Positions 9,772 to 20,299 of a DNA stretch of 36,243 bases are shown here, in pieces. Position numbers and translations under genes: made by a program. Every line of letters begins with the position of its first letter. Positions within the stretch are counted from its first letter, which is position 1. A model generated the notes under the pieces. That model was not told where the DNA came from. It saw only the letters and a list, made by a program, of their open reading frames with translations, and ran no database searches. The DNA comes from a virus, in the UHGV virus genome UHGV-0229041. One strand, written 5' to 3'.

Positions 9772-11267
9772 TATGCAGACTCCTCTGAATACTGAAGACG
9801 GAACTGGTTAACCACGGCAAAGACACGCAACTGGTTAACATAGTCAGGCGGGAACAGCGTGTTCAGGCGGTTCGGATCGCTGGCATCACGCTCCACAACC
9901 AGGTACTGCTTAAACAGTTCGTAGTTTTCCACGATCCCCGCACGCTCAAGCTGACGGTAGGTTGCCAGCAGTTCCCCTTTGATCACCGCCGGGGTGACAA
10001 TCGCCTGACCGGGACCAAAGCGGGTACCGTCACTGGCAAGCTTGTGACGCCCGTACTTACTGGTAATGACGGATTTCAGTTTGCGCAGTACATACGCACT
10101 GGTATGCAGCGTCTCGCTGTCGAGGTAGCTGTTATCCGCAACCCCGTAAGCATTTTTCCTGTGCGTGGTGACATCACGCTGAATGCGCAGCACCCCGCTT
10201 TCGACATACGCCGTTGCCACGCCATGAGACAGCAGGGTCTGCTGTTCGGTCATCGTGAACCGTTTCCCCTTCGGCGCAGGCAGCATACCCACCAGCTCAC
10301 CGGTCTGCGTGGGACGTGCCGGATCGTTGCGGATAAACACCGCTGCGCGGGCGGTACGGCTTGCCGCCAGCTCGTCGGCAGGCGTCTGGGTCTCTTTTTC
10401 GTACCCCGCCAGGGGGATGTGCTGCTGGTTAAACTGGTCACCTGCGGTCACCAGTTCTGACAGCGTGCCGATCTTTGCCGTATACACATGACCATACAGC
10501 TGACGCGCATAGCTCCAGCGACCGCTGGTATCGTTCATCTCGGTCACCAGCGTGTTAACGGAGGCCGTGTCGTTGAACGGCAGACCGATATAATCAAACG
10601 GCTCATCCGCCATTGCAGCCACCGCACCGGTGAGAACCGGTGCGCCCGTTCCGGCGGTCCCCGTCGCCACGGCAATCTGTACGCCCGCTGGCAGCACTTC
10701 GCCCCCACCAAAGCCGTAGTAATTGAGGCTGACAGGAATTTCATTCCCGCAAAGCCCCTTATGACGCGCGGTCAGTGTGACCACGCCTGCCGAAGATGAG
10801 GCCGTAAACGGCAGGGCCGGAACGGCATTGATGGCATCCTGGATACTGCTGGCAATCGTCGTGACGTTATCGCCGTTGGTCACCGGTGCCTGCACGCGGG
10901 TACGTCCCACATAAACATTCACCGTGCCGGTTTCGGTTGCTGCTCCGGTCACCGTCAGCGTAACCGTTGCCGCCGCGCCTGTGGCTTCCGGAACGGCAAT
11001 CACATACAGCTCGCCAAACGGGTCGGTCTGGCGATAAGCCTCGACCATACGCGCCAGCTGACTTCCCGCACCACAAATCTGGCGTGCATAGTCTGCCGAC
11101 GGCATCAGCACCAGACTGTTGGCAACAATCTCTGCACCGTTATTGGCGTGACCAATCAGCAACGATGCCCCGCTGTCCTGTGCAGTATTCGCCGCCTGGT
11201 TATCCATTTCCGCATAAAACAGCGGAACCAGCGTATTCGACGGAATGGTGTTAAAGCTTATCGTCAT
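9771..11267 (-). CDS. Contractile tail sheath protein
   Basis: 498 aa, MTISFNTIPSNTLVPLFYAEMDN start, typical sheath size and position. Confidence 0.85.
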   Translation of the reverse strand: MTISFNTIPSNTLVPLFYAEMDNQAANTAQDSGASLLIGHANNGAEIVANSLVLMPSADYARQICGAGSQLARMVEAYRQTDPFGELYVIAVPEATGAAATVTLTVTGAATETGTVNVYVGRTRVQAPVTNGDNVTTIASSIQDAINAVPALPFTASSSAGVVTLTARHKGLCGNEIPVSLNYYGFGGGEVLPAGVQIAVATGTAGTGAPVLTGAVAAMADEPFDYIGLPFNDTASVNTLVTEMNDTSGRWSYARQLYGHVYTAKIGTLSELVTAGDQFNQQHIPLAGYEKETQTPADELAASRTARAAVFIRNDPARPTQTGELVGMLPAPKGKRFTMTEQQTLLSHGVATAYVESGVLRIQRDVTTHRKNAYGVADNSYLDSETLHTSAYVLRKLKSVITSKYGRHKLASDGTRFGPGQAIVTPAVIKGELLATYRQLERAGIVENYELFKQYLVVERDASDPNRLNTLFPPDYVNQLRVFAVVNQFRLQYSEESA

Positions 11268-11421
11268 CGGTGTTCACCTTTTTATTCACGCGCCGGATAT
11301 CACCCGCTGCTTCACGGCGCAGCCAGTAGTTGTTCTCGTCAACATTTCGCCCTTCGGTGGGCAAAAGGTCGCCGCGGGCAGGGTCAGGCACTGACCGCCC
11401 TTTAACAGGTTTCACAAACAT
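11254..11421 (-). CDS. Small conserved tail-region protein (about 55 aa)
   Basis: Manually translated MFVKPVKGRSVPDPARGDLLPTEGRNVDENNYWLRREAAGDIRRVNKK; starts just after the stop of the upstream gene and overlaps the sheath start. Confidence 0.4.
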
Positions 11422-11429
11422 GATGATCC

Positions 11430-11990
11430 TCAGGAAGGAAGGGGTATTTCGGTGTGATGTTCGATATCGCCGTCAGGCCCGTTACCGGGATCGAGATAAT
11501 CAACATCAATCGCCAGCGTTCGCAGTTCATCCAGACTGTTCAGGTCATCCTGCTGGCGGGTATCGTCTTCGGTCAGCTCGCTGATGACCGAAAAATCGAA
11601 CTGATAAATCAGCTCATGACGATTCAGATCCAGCAGCGTGCCGCCGTCATAGGTAATCGGGTTACCGCACACTTCCGGGTTCCAGCCCAGCAGAGCCTTA
11701 AAGAGCATCTGCCGGACATCGTCCACCACATCATACGAGGCAAACTGACCGCGCTCATCACGCCCGTTACTCAGTATGACAACCACGGAGAAGCCCTCTT
11801 TCAGCTCCTGCCAGTAGTCGGTCTGACTTTTGTTTTCTCCCGGAGAATCATCCCCCGGTACCACATATGCCGCCGGGAGTTTCAACTTTCCGACCTCCGG
11901 CAGATTTTTGAACTGGGCCGCGCCTGCCACCCGGTTTTCAAAATACAGACAGCGGGCACGCAGCGCAGCAATAACAGGAGTCAGTTTCAT
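11430..11990 (-). CDS. Tail completion / tail terminator-like protein
   Basis: 186-aa ORF between the head-tail joining genes and the sheath. Confidence 0.5.
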   Translation of the reverse strand: MKLTPVIAALRARCLYFENRVAGAAQFKNLPEVGKLKLPAAYVVPGDDSPGENKSQTDYWQELKEGFSVVVILSNGRDERGQFASYDVVDDVRQMLFKALLGWNPEVCGNPITYDGGTLLDLNRHELIYQFDFSVISELTEDDTRQQDDLNSLDELRTLAIDVDYLDPGNGPDGDIEHHTEIPLPS

Positions 11991-12538
11991 GTTTTTTTCC
12001 TTCTTACAGGACGTAATGACCGCTGTAACTCACGGGACAGTAACTTTTGTGTCCAGTAACGACGCTGGTCGATGACATCAGCCATAAAGTTATTACGTGG
12101 TGCCAGCCGCCAGCGGGATGAATGCTGCTTTTTCTGGCGCTTATCCTTTTTGCTCATCCCGTATGCGGCATGACGCACACCGTAATACAGAAACGCCGGA
12201 TAATACGCAGAACCTTCAGGAAAACGCCGGTTACCCTGCCCGTTTTTCTGGTTAGGGGAAATCCTGACCATCAGGCCAGAACGACGGGAGCTTTTACGGG
12301 GGACGTAATAACCTATAGAACGCGCAAGTCGTCCGGTCTGATAGCCGGGGTTTTCACCTGGAGCAGACCGACCACGTCGCATCACCAGCCGCCGGGCATC
12401 ACGCATATAGACACGCCCGATTTGAACAAATGCCCTTCGGAGCCTGGCACGGTTAAACTCCATCTCCTCCGGTTGTTTGAAATCAACGTGTAAAAATGCT
12501 GTCTGATCCACTGCGTCCTCCCATTTGTTCTTCGGCAC
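11987..12538 (-). CDS. Virion morphogenesis protein, basic (start uncertain; possibly 12463)
   Basis: 183-aa ORF; overlaps the upstream gene by 56 nt if the first ATG is used. Confidence 0.45.
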   Translation of the reverse strand: MPKNKWEDAVDQTAFLHVDFKQPEEMEFNRARLRRAFVQIGRVYMRDARRLVMRRGRSAPGENPGYQTGRLARSIGYYVPRKSSRRSGLMVRISPNQKNGQGNRRFPEGSAYYPAFLYYGVRHAAYGMSKKDKRQKKQHSSRWRLAPRNNFMADVIDQRRYWTQKLLSRELQRSLRPVRRKKT

Positions 12539-12893
12539 CCAGTTCCGTACACTCCAGCAGCAGAAAGCGCCGCGCCCCGTTCAGATCGCGCTGACGTTTC
12601 ACCCGGTACACACTGTCACCGCAGACCACCTCATAATCAGCGGTGATCCCCCGGCGGTAACGAATAGTGATGTAATGGGTGATGGCGTCCCCGGTCTGCG
12701 CGGTTTCCTGCCAGGTGGTGGCACTGGTCTGGATAACCTTCGCCCATGTCCGGAACGTAACCGGGTATTGAGGCTCCACGCCAAAGTTATCCGCGGGCAT
12801 ATCCACCCGCAGGCGGATCAGGACGCGTTTATTCAGTTCACCGGGGTCCGGCAGAATGTAGCTTGCGCTGGTCTGCGCCTGACGAATTTTCAT
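12483..12893 (-). CDS. Head closure / head-tail adaptor protein
   Basis: 136-aa ORF in HK97-like head-tail joining position. Confidence 0.55.
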   Translation of the reverse strand: MKIRQAQTSASYILPDPGELNKRVLIRLRVDMPADNFGVEPQYPVTFRTWAKVIQTSATTWQETAQTGDAITHYITIRYRRGITADYEVVCGDSVYRVKRQRDLNGARRFLLLECTELGAEEQMGGRSGSDSIFTR

Positions 12894-13213
12894 TGCGGAA
12901 AGTACCTGTACGGGCCGACAAGCCAGCCAAAACTCTGCGGCATGTCGAGTTTCTCCACTTCCGTAACCGACGAGCGGTTTTCGTAAAAATGGCTGATAAG
13001 CATCAGCATCCCCAGACGAATATCATCCGGCAGGTGCAGCCCGTCCGGATCGCTGTCCGGAATGGTTTCATCCGGTGCATAGAGCTTCCGGTTCAGATAC
13101 GTTTCCGTCCGCTTTTGTGCCGCACATGCCAGCAGTTGCAGATGGCGGTCATCAGTATCGAAATCCTCATCCAGCCGGAGTTGGGCTTTAATCTCTTCCA
13201 TTGTCAGAAGCAT
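12890..13213 (-). CDS. Head-tail connector protein (gp6-like)
   Basis: 107 aa, acidic N-terminal region, conserved position after the capsid gene. Confidence 0.6.
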   Translation of the reverse strand: MLLTMEEIKAQLRLDEDFDTDDRHLQLLACAAQKRTETYLNRKLYAPDETIPDSDPDGLHLPDDIRLGMLMLISHFYENRSSVTEVEKLDMPQSFGWLVGPYRYFPQ

Positions 13214-13215
13214 AC

Positions 13216-13416
13216 TCAGCCCTCTTTACTGGTCGTGGCTTTTTTCTCTTTTGCCGCTTTACTGCTTTTTGCACTGATTCCGCGCTCTGCTAACCCGGCC
13301 TGAAGTGCAATCTCCTGCACCCGGGCAGGAAGCGCCCCGTCGTCATACTCACCGGCCCGAATGACCTCAACACGCATACCGTCCGGTGACCATTTCAGAT
13401 CTTGTTTCAGGATCAT
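13216..13416 (-). CDS. Small head-associated hypothetical protein
   Basis: 66-aa ORF tightly packed between the capsid and connector genes. Confidence 0.35.
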   Translation of the reverse strand: MILKQDLKWSPDGMRVEVIRAGEYDDGALPARVQEIALQAGLAERGISAKSSKAAKEKKATTSKEG

Positions 13417-13465
13417 GATTCTTCACCCGTCAGAACAGGGGGCGCGGTTCCGCGCCCCTGAGTGA

Positions 13466-14671
13466 TTACGCCGCAGCAATCTTCAGCAGTTTGATGGCCT
13501 GCGAATCGACCAGCATGCCGCCGGTGCGCTTGGTGGTATAAAAACCGACAAACGGTTTATTGGTGTACGGATCGCGAAGAATGCGGGTACCGATACGGTC
13601 AACGATGGTGTAACCCCGTTTGAAGTTACCAAATGCAATGGCTTTCGCATCCGCGGCGATATCCGGCATCTGCTCGTTTTCAGCGATACCGTAACCCGCC
13701 AGAGAGGATGGCTGCCCCAGTTCCAGCCCAGGACGCCACAGATAGTTACCCTCGGTGTCTTTCAGCAGACGAATGGCAAACAGGCTGTTGTTGTTCATCA
13801 TGAACTTCGCGCCAGTGCGGTGTGCCTTACGCAGCGTGTAAATCAGTTTGATAATGGCGTCTGCGGTCACCGCGGTCGCTTCGCCGGATACAATATGCTG
13901 AAGTTTGCCGAACGCCCGGACCTTGTCGGTTTCATCGGTGGATTCATACGCCAGGAACCCTTTCGGCTTCTTGGTGCCATCGCCTGAGGTAAAGGCAATT
14001 TCTTCCTGTTCGGCAAATTCGGTTGCCAGCTCGCTGTTGATCCAGGCCTCCACGTTGAAGAAGGCATCGTCCAGCATTTTCTGGGTAGCCTGCGGGTTGC
14101 CGTAGATTTCCCCCATGAGAGGTTCAATCAGCTCCAGTCTGGAGGTGGCAGTCTGGGATCGCGTATCCGTTTCCCCCACCCATCCGGAAGCCGTACCGCC
14201 CAGATTCACCAGTTTTTTGTAGTCGGAACCGCCAACGGTGATCACCGTGGCTTCCTGACGCATCACAACTTCATCTTTCAGCAGGTTAAGAATGTTGCGA
14301 TCCAGTTCTTCCGGCACGGCGTAGCCACCGTCTTCATCGGTACCCACCTGCAATGCCTTACGCTCCAGATCGCGCAGACCGTCTTCACGGCCTTTACGCA
14401 GGAAGCCCACAAACGCCTCTTTATGCTCGGTGGCCAGTTTATTTTGCGCTCCACCTGCCGGACGTTTCAGCTCAAGCAGCTCTTTTTCAAGGTCGCTTTT
14501 GAGATTTTCCAGCTCGCTGAGTTTCCCGTTCAGGGTTTCCACCTGCCCGGCAAGCTTGCCTTTTTCCTGCTCAATCGCATCCACGCGCTTGTCGTTCTTT
14601 GCTTTGAAGTCGTCAAACTTCTGCTGCAGCTCCTGCGCGACCTGTTCGACATCTTTAATATCAACCGCCAT
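13466..14671 (-). CDS. Major capsid protein, HK97 fold family
   Basis: 401 aa with coiled-coil-like N-terminal delta domain followed by capsid domain; follows the prohead protease. Confidence 0.9.
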   Translation of the reverse strand: MAVDIKDVEQVAQELQQKFDDFKAKNDKRVDAIEQEKGKLAGQVETLNGKLSELENLKSDLEKELLELKRPAGGAQNKLATEHKEAFVGFLRKGREDGLRDLERKALQVGTDEDGGYAVPEELDRNILNLLKDEVVMRQEATVITVGGSDYKKLVNLGGTASGWVGETDTRSQTATSRLELIEPLMGEIYGNPQATQKMLDDAFFNVEAWINSELATEFAEQEEIAFTSGDGTKKPKGFLAYESTDETDKVRAFGKLQHIVSGEATAVTADAIIKLIYTLRKAHRTGAKFMMNNNSLFAIRLLKDTEGNYLWRPGLELGQPSSLAGYGIAENEQMPDIAADAKAIAFGNFKRGYTIVDRIGTRILRDPYTNKPFVGFYTTKRTGGMLVDSQAIKLLKIAAA

Positions 14672-14685
14672 CGTATTTCTCCTGA

Positions 14686-15372
14686 TTAGAAGTTCAGATT
14701 TTTCAGTGCATTCAGTGCAGAGCCCACATCCTCAGCGTCGCGCAGGGACAGTGCGCCATAGCCCCCGGCCATGAATGCTTTGGCCTGGGTACGGGAGAGT
14801 CCGACATCACGCAGGACTCTTTCGATTTTTTTCTGTTCGGGGATTTCCCCGCGGGCCAGTGCGTTCTTGACGTCGCTGATCCGCGCCTCGTCGTTAGACG
14901 GGAACGTCACCAGGCTGACTTCCCAGAGGTCGATTTCTTTCAGCAGAAAGGCTTCTTTCGTCCGGTCGTATTCCCAGTCTTTCAGGACGTACCCAATAGA
15001 AAGGCCGGTTAACGAACCGGCCTTCATGTGTGCATGTGCGCGTTTTGCGAGGGGATCATCATCAATAAGCAACCGTCCCCTGACGTAAAGCCCGACATCG
15101 TCTTCCTTCATTTCAGTGTAAACACCGATGGGTTCATCCATGCGGTGCTGCCAGAGCAGCGCAGGTAACGCTTTTCTGTCACTCCACGCCCGCAGGGAAG
15201 CAGCAAATGCCCCGGACATCACCACATCATCGTGGCTGTCCTTTACACCAAAGACGGAGCCATACCCTTCAAACTCACCGGAGTCACTGACAGATTTCAG
15301 ACTCAGCGGTACATCAAGACGTTGTTTCGTCTGCATTGGCGTTATCCTTCTGCTTACCGGCTTTACTGCCAT
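14686..15372 (-). CDS. Prohead protease (HK97 family)
   Basis: 228-aa ORF between portal and capsid, sequence character of HK97 prohead protease. Confidence 0.85.
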   Translation of the reverse strand: MAVKPVSRRITPMQTKQRLDVPLSLKSVSDSGEFEGYGSVFGVKDSHDDVVMSGAFAASLRAWSDRKALPALLWQHRMDEPIGVYTEMKEDDVGLYVRGRLLIDDDPLAKRAHAHMKAGSLTGLSIGYVLKDWEYDRTKEAFLLKEIDLWEVSLVTFPSNDEARISDVKNALARGEIPEQKKIERVLRDVGLSRTQAKAFMAGGYGALSLRDAEDVGSALNALKNLNF

Positions 15373-16555
15373 CGGAGGGTTTCGTGGTCATGTTCATCGG
15401 TGTGAGATAGACATCACCACCGGGTCGTGGATTCATATCTTCCAGGTCGCGGCAGTCATTGGGAGAGTAAATTCCCCAGTTGATCCCGGTGGCGTAGGCT
15501 TCAAAACGGGACTTCATATCCCCGCGCAGTAACGCCCCGGCGTTAAATTTGGCGTAATAAACGCCCTGCTTACTTTTTCGTACCAGTCCGGTGTTGATCC
15601 GCTGTTCGATGCGGGTCAGATACGGCACCAGTGAATAGTTGATAAATCCCAGCCCCAGCTCTTCGATATTGTTGAAGGTGGCGCGATCGGTGTTCTGCAC
15701 CATGTGCAACGGCACCCGGAACAGACGACAGATTTCTTCAAGCTGAAACTTGCGGGTTTCCAGGAACTGGCTGTCCTCGGCGTTCAGCGCCATCGACTTC
15801 CAGTCCAGCCCCATCTCAAGGATCATCGGGCGGTGAGCATTGCCAAGCCCGGTGTGACGCTCCTCAAAATCTTTCTTCAGGCGCTCATAAGCCTGATCTG
15901 ACAGCGTCTGCTCTGTACGCAACACACCCGACGTCACCGCGCCATTGCTGAACAGTCTGGCCCCGTGCTCTTCGGTCGCTGCCGCCAGCGATATTGCCTC
16001 GCGGGCATAGGCGATGGGATTCAGCCCCACCAGTCCGTCCAGCGTCAGCGTGCGCACATGCCAGATATCCTCCTGGCTCAGTACATCCGTGGAGCCATCC
16101 GGGAATGTGACCTGATAGACCGGCTCCCAGCTACTGTTAAGCTTCGGTACCACACAGCCGGGATCGACGGGCAGCAGTTCAGCCACTTCGCCAAATGCTT
16201 TCACTTTGTAGGCGTAAAAGTTTCCCCGCAGGCACAGACAGGTGACCACCAGCTCCCAGAACTCCTGCGGCGTCATATAGCCATTGGGATGCGTGGAGAT
16301 CAGCTTATGCAGACGTTCGCCAGCGGCTCTCTGCTTCAGACTGCCGTTCAGGTGATACAGGTTGCAGGGCAACATCCCGACCGACTCCGCCAGCACCCTG
16401 ACACAGGAAAAAACCGCCGTCAGTCGCATGGCCCGCTGGCTGCTGATCTGCTTTCCGGTATAGGTGTCGTAGGACAACCCGATAGCATCCGCCAGCTCTG
16501 CTGGCGTGGTCACCGGTGCGTCACTTTTTCGTTGAAATAATCCCGAAAAGAACAC
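15314..16555 (-). CDS. Portal protein (HK97 family)
   Basis: 413-aa ORF downstream of terminase large subunit. Confidence 0.9.
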   Translation of the reverse strand: MFFSGLFQRKSDAPVTTPAELADAIGLSYDTYTGKQISSQRAMRLTAVFSCVRVLAESVGMLPCNLYHLNGSLKQRAAGERLHKLISTHPNGYMTPQEFWELVVTCLCLRGNFYAYKVKAFGEVAELLPVDPGCVVPKLNSSWEPVYQVTFPDGSTDVLSQEDIWHVRTLTLDGLVGLNPIAYAREAISLAAATEEHGARLFSNGAVTSGVLRTEQTLSDQAYERLKKDFEERHTGLGNAHRPMILEMGLDWKSMALNAEDSQFLETRKFQLEEICRLFRVPLHMVQNTDRATFNNIEELGLGFINYSLVPYLTRIEQRINTGLVRKSKQGVYYAKFNAGALLRGDMKSRFEAYATGINWGIYSPNDCRDLEDMNPRPGGDVYLTPMNMTTKPSDGSKAGKQKDNANADETTS

Positions 16556-16737
16556 TATTTACCTCCGCCGACAGACGACTGTGTACGGTCGAGATATCGC
16601 GCCACCAGCCACGACCAGAACAGACACAACGCCCCGGCAACAACAAACCCCGCCGGGGGATAAATCAGCCAGGCACCATACGCCAGCAAAAGCGCCCCCA
16701 GCACGCCCACCAGAGGCGCGAGAATCAGCATGATCAT
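16555..16737 (-). CDS. Small membrane protein (two predicted TM helices)
   Basis: 60-aa hydrophobic ORF between terminase large subunit and portal. Confidence 0.35.
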
Positions 16738-16748
16738 AATTACCTCAG

Positions 16749-18482
16749 TTAAAGCGAGCGGATCCCATAGGACTCAATGTGGTCAGACAGCGTGTCTTCT
16801 TTCTCGTACAGCATGGCTCTGCCAACCGCCATAATCAGCGCAACTGCACCATCGATTTTGTTTTCCGCCTGCTCTTTGACGGGCTTCACTAAATCATCGT
16901 TACCTGGCATGTTTTTGCCGACCACATTGCCGATACACCAGGTCATGATGGGATTGCCGTCATGATGAAAGCGTCCCGATTCAATCGCTGCCTCCAGCTC
17001 TTTCATCGGGTCGGACATATTGGCGAAGTTCTGGACGATAGTAACGGGATTCAGGTCTTCATCAGCAAGGTCATGTGACAGCCCGGTCGCTCCGAAAGGG
17101 TCGATGGGTGACTCACTGACCGGGCTGATTTTGTTCGCCGCTTTGGCCTCCTCGAGGATGTAGCGATAATCCACTTCCGCACCATCGGTAACGGTCAGAA
17201 CGCCCATTTCCACCCATTTCTGAAAGCGTTCGGCTGTCCGTCGATCTTCATTTTTCTCGACGCTGTACACCGTGTCATACGGTACCCAGAAACGCGGGGC
17301 CACACTGTAGTAATGCGTTTTACCGTCAATCTCGCGGGTATAAAGTCGCGCCATGCTGTTCATATCCAGCTTACGCGCCAGGTCAAAGGCCAGAATGCAC
17401 GGCTGCCCCTCGAACTGCTCAAGGGTCAGTGATTTATCCTCGCAGCTCTGCCAGCTCACCAGGTTGAAATACGCCGAACGCGCCGACACCCAGATATTGA
17501 GGTGTTTTGTTTTAAAGACGTTTGCCAGACGGGCGTTATTTTTCGCACGCTGCTGCTGACTTAACAAAAATTCGCGATAAACCGACACGCCAATATTTGG
17601 ATTGGCTTTTTCCAGCACCTGCGGGTCGGTCCAGTCGTCACCTTCATCAACGGTATAGATGATCCCGAACAGTTCATCGTTGGGCACCGAGCCGTTGAGC
17701 ATCTCGATGACTTCCCGCCGCTTGTCGTAGCACGGCCCCTCAATGTTGTACCCGGCAGTAGTAATGGCCCACATCAGTGGCTGACGTCGCGCCCCCATCC
17801 CGGTAAGCATCGTGGTGTAAAGCGCATCGGTGGCGTGCTCGTGATATTCATCCACCACCGCACAGTGGGGTGATGATCCATCACCGGGGTTGCCGATCAG
17901 CGGTTCAAACCGCGCGCCATCCTCCGGACGGTTCATGTTTGAGGCGTTAACCTCAATCCCGAACGCTTCCGTCAGCATGGGTGTGCGTTTACACATCAGT
18001 CGCGCCGGGCGAAAGACTTCCCACGCCTGTTTCTCTGTCGTGGCACCGGAATACACTTCCGCGCCAAACTCGTTATCACAGGCAAAACAATACAGGGCGA
18101 CACCGGCAGAGATTGCCGATTTGCCGTTCTTACGGGGGATTTCGGTATACACCTCCCGGAAGCGGCGCAGCCGGGTACCTTTATTGACCCAGCCAAACGC
18201 ACAGCAGATCACAAAGAGCTGCCACGGCTCCAGCGTGATGGGCATCCTCTTGAATGCCCACTCCCCCTTGGTGTGCGGCAACAGCTGAATAAATTTGGCG
18301 GCCCGTTCAGCCAGGTCCTTGTCGAAGCGGTAACGAAACGACTTACTTTTTTCCGCCATCAGGTCATCAAGATGGCGCTGGCAGGCCTGAATCACAAACT
18401 GGCAGGCCGCAATCTTTCCGCGCACGACATCCCGGGCATACTGATTTGCAGCATTTACGTTGGGGTAAGATTTCCGGCTCAT
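16749..18482 (-). CDS. Terminase large subunit
   Basis: 577-aa ORF with ATPase and nuclease-type regions, overlaps the small subunit stop. Confidence 0.9.
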
Positions 18483-18982
18483 GATTCGATGATTTTCAGA
18501 AACGGGTTAGTGGCTTTCTTCTTCCCCGCCAGGCCAATCAGACGCTGGCGGCTGCTGGGGTCGAGTCCGAGCATTGCCCCCGTGCTGCTCATCTCGGACT
18601 CCTGTTCTTTCTTGGCGGTCAGCTCCGGATTTTTGACCATGCCACCCATTGCACCGGTGATGGTGTTGCCCTGTCTGGCAATATTTTTCACGGCACGTCG
18701 CCAGAACTCATAGGCCACGCACCACCGCTCAAGTACCGCCAGGTCAGTCACGCACAGCAGGCCCTGACCGCAGAGTTCTTTGGTTGTCAGTTGCCACATG
18801 ATCGTGGCGAGAGGGAGATCTTCTTCAGCGAACCACTCCGGTGGCTCAACACCTTTGATGGGCGTAAAAACAGGTTCATCTTTATTCAGGGCTCGCTTGC
18901 CGGGGTTTCCGGCCAGCGCCTTGCGCGCCGTTGGCTTGGGGCGACGCCCGGAACGCCCCGCCGTTCCAGCCATATGCGGCAC
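18479..18982 (-). CDS. Terminase small subunit (P27 family-like)
   Basis: 167 aa, basic N-terminus, directly upstream of the large subunit. Confidence 0.8.
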   Translation of the reverse strand: MPHMAGTAGRSGRRPKPTARKALAGNPGKRALNKDEPVFTPIKGVEPPEWFAEEDLPLATIMWQLTTKELCGQGLLCVTDLAVLERWCVAYEFWRRAVKNIARQGNTITGAMGGMVKNPELTAKKEQESEMSSTGAMLGLDPSSRQRLIGLAGKKKATNPFLKIIES

Positions 18983-19012
18983 TCCTGGTTAAATTTCATT
19001 TTTCGCGGGTAT

Positions 19013-19072
19013 AAAAAAACGATGGGGCGGGCAGTCCGGAAGACGTCAGGTCACAGGGATTTGACCCGCCCC
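19013..19072 (-). terminator. Terminator-like hairpin with T7 run between HNH and terS; possibly cos-associated
   Basis: Inverted repeat GGGGCGGG (19024 to 19031) and CCCGCCCC (19065 to 19072); minus-strand T7 (plus-strand A7 at 19013 to 19019) follows 4 nt after the stem. Confidence 0.4.
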
Positions 19073-19098
19073 TCCCCTCTGGCAGTGGGAACTGGTTC

Positions 19099-19449
19099 TT
19101 ACTTCAGCCGTTCACGGGCCGTCTTCGCCTTATGACACGGCCAGCACAGGCTCTGCAGATTACTGTCGGCATCAGAGCCGCCATGCGCTTTAGGGATGAT
19201 GTGATCAACGGTTTTCGCTTCACGCACCACACCGGCACGCAGGCACAACTGGCACAGTCCTTTGTCACGCTTCAACACACGCACGCGGATAACATCCCAC
19301 TTCGAACCATAACCGCGCTGATGACGGGATTGTCCTGGCTTGTATTGCTTCCAGCCTTCGCTTTTGTGGCTTTCACAATAGCCTGACGGGTCTGTGGTGG
19401 TATGGCGGCAGCCACGAACACGGCAGGCTTTTGGGATTCGTGATGGCAT
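19099..19449 (-). CDS. HNH endonuclease (packaging-associated)
   Basis: Cys/His-rich HNH region (CxxC, DHIIP, CWPCH); ATG at 19449 with GGAG Shine-Dalgarno; adjacent to terminase as in HK97-like phages. Confidence 0.8.
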   Translation of the reverse strand: MPSRIPKACRVRGCRHTTTDPSGYCESHKSEGWKQYKPGQSRHQRGYGSKWDVIRVRVLKRDKGLCQLCLRAGVVREAKTVDHIIPKAHGGSDADSNLQSLCWPCHKAKTARERLK

Positions 19450-19671
19450 ATGTACTCCAATGAAGAAGCCACCGACATAGCCTCCTCCATTCATCGTGAA
19501 ACTATTTTCATCTACCCAGTAATGAATTCTTTGTAGAGTTGTGATCAATACAACTCACTAATGGAGAGGCTTGTCCAACACGTTGGACAAGTTTCCTGTT
19601 TGATTTACTGGACACTATAGAAGGACAGAATGCCTTCATCACTCGAATAACATCAATTAAGGAGGTTCAAC

Positions 19672-19794
19672 ATGTTTCATTCCACAAATCATCAGGCTGT
19701 AATTATGGCTGCATCAGCTTGTACCACAGACCTTTTCCGCTTCACTTTGAGCCTGATTCATTTCTACCTGACCGGCTCGCCTCTATCTTTTTAA
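19672..19794 (+). CDS. Small hydrophobic ORF (40 aa) with strong Shine-Dalgarno
   Basis: AAGGAGG seven nt upstream of ATG 19672; product MFHSTNHQAVIMAASACTTDLFRFTLSLIHFYLTGSPLSF. Confidence 0.25.
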   Translation: MFHSTNHQAVIMAASACTTDLFRFTLSLIHFYLTGSPLSF

Positions 19795-19974
19795 TCCCCG
19801 CTTTATCCAAATTGCATTGCCAGAATGCCGACAACAGACTGACATTCAAATCCTGACTACCTCCAATAGTCTGACCGTACACCTATATAGTTTTAATTTT
19901 CATCAATCCATTTAACTATCGTTTAATTGTTGTCACATAGGATTCTGCCGTTTTTAACAATGCAGGATAATAAG

Positions 19975-20268
19975 ATGAAAAAAATGTTGTTTTCTGCCGC
20001 TCTGGCAATGCTTATTACAGGATGTGCTCAACAGACGTTTACTGTTGGAAACAAACCGACAGCAGTAACACCAAAGGAAACCATCACCCATCATTTCTTC
20101 GTTTCGGGAATTGGACAGGAGAAAACTGTTGATGCAGCCAAAATTTGTGGCGGCGCAGAAAATGTGGTTAAAACAGAAACCCAGCAAACATTCGTAAATG
20201 GATTGCTCGGTTTTATTACTTTAGGCATTTATACTCCGCTGGAAGCGCGGGTGTATTGCTCACAATAA
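19975..20268 (+). CDS. bor: Bor lipoprotein (serum-resistance protein, Iss family)
   Basis: MKKMLFSAALAMLITGC lipobox and near identity to recalled lambda Bor; opposite strand to lysis genes as in lambda. Confidence 0.9.
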   Translation: MKKMLFSAALAMLITGCAQQTFTVGNKPTAVTPKETITHHFFVSGIGQEKTVDAAKICGGAENVVKTETQQTFVNGLLGFITLGIYTPLEARVYCSQ

Positions 20269-20299
20269 TTGCATGAGTTGCCCATCGATATGGGCAGCG

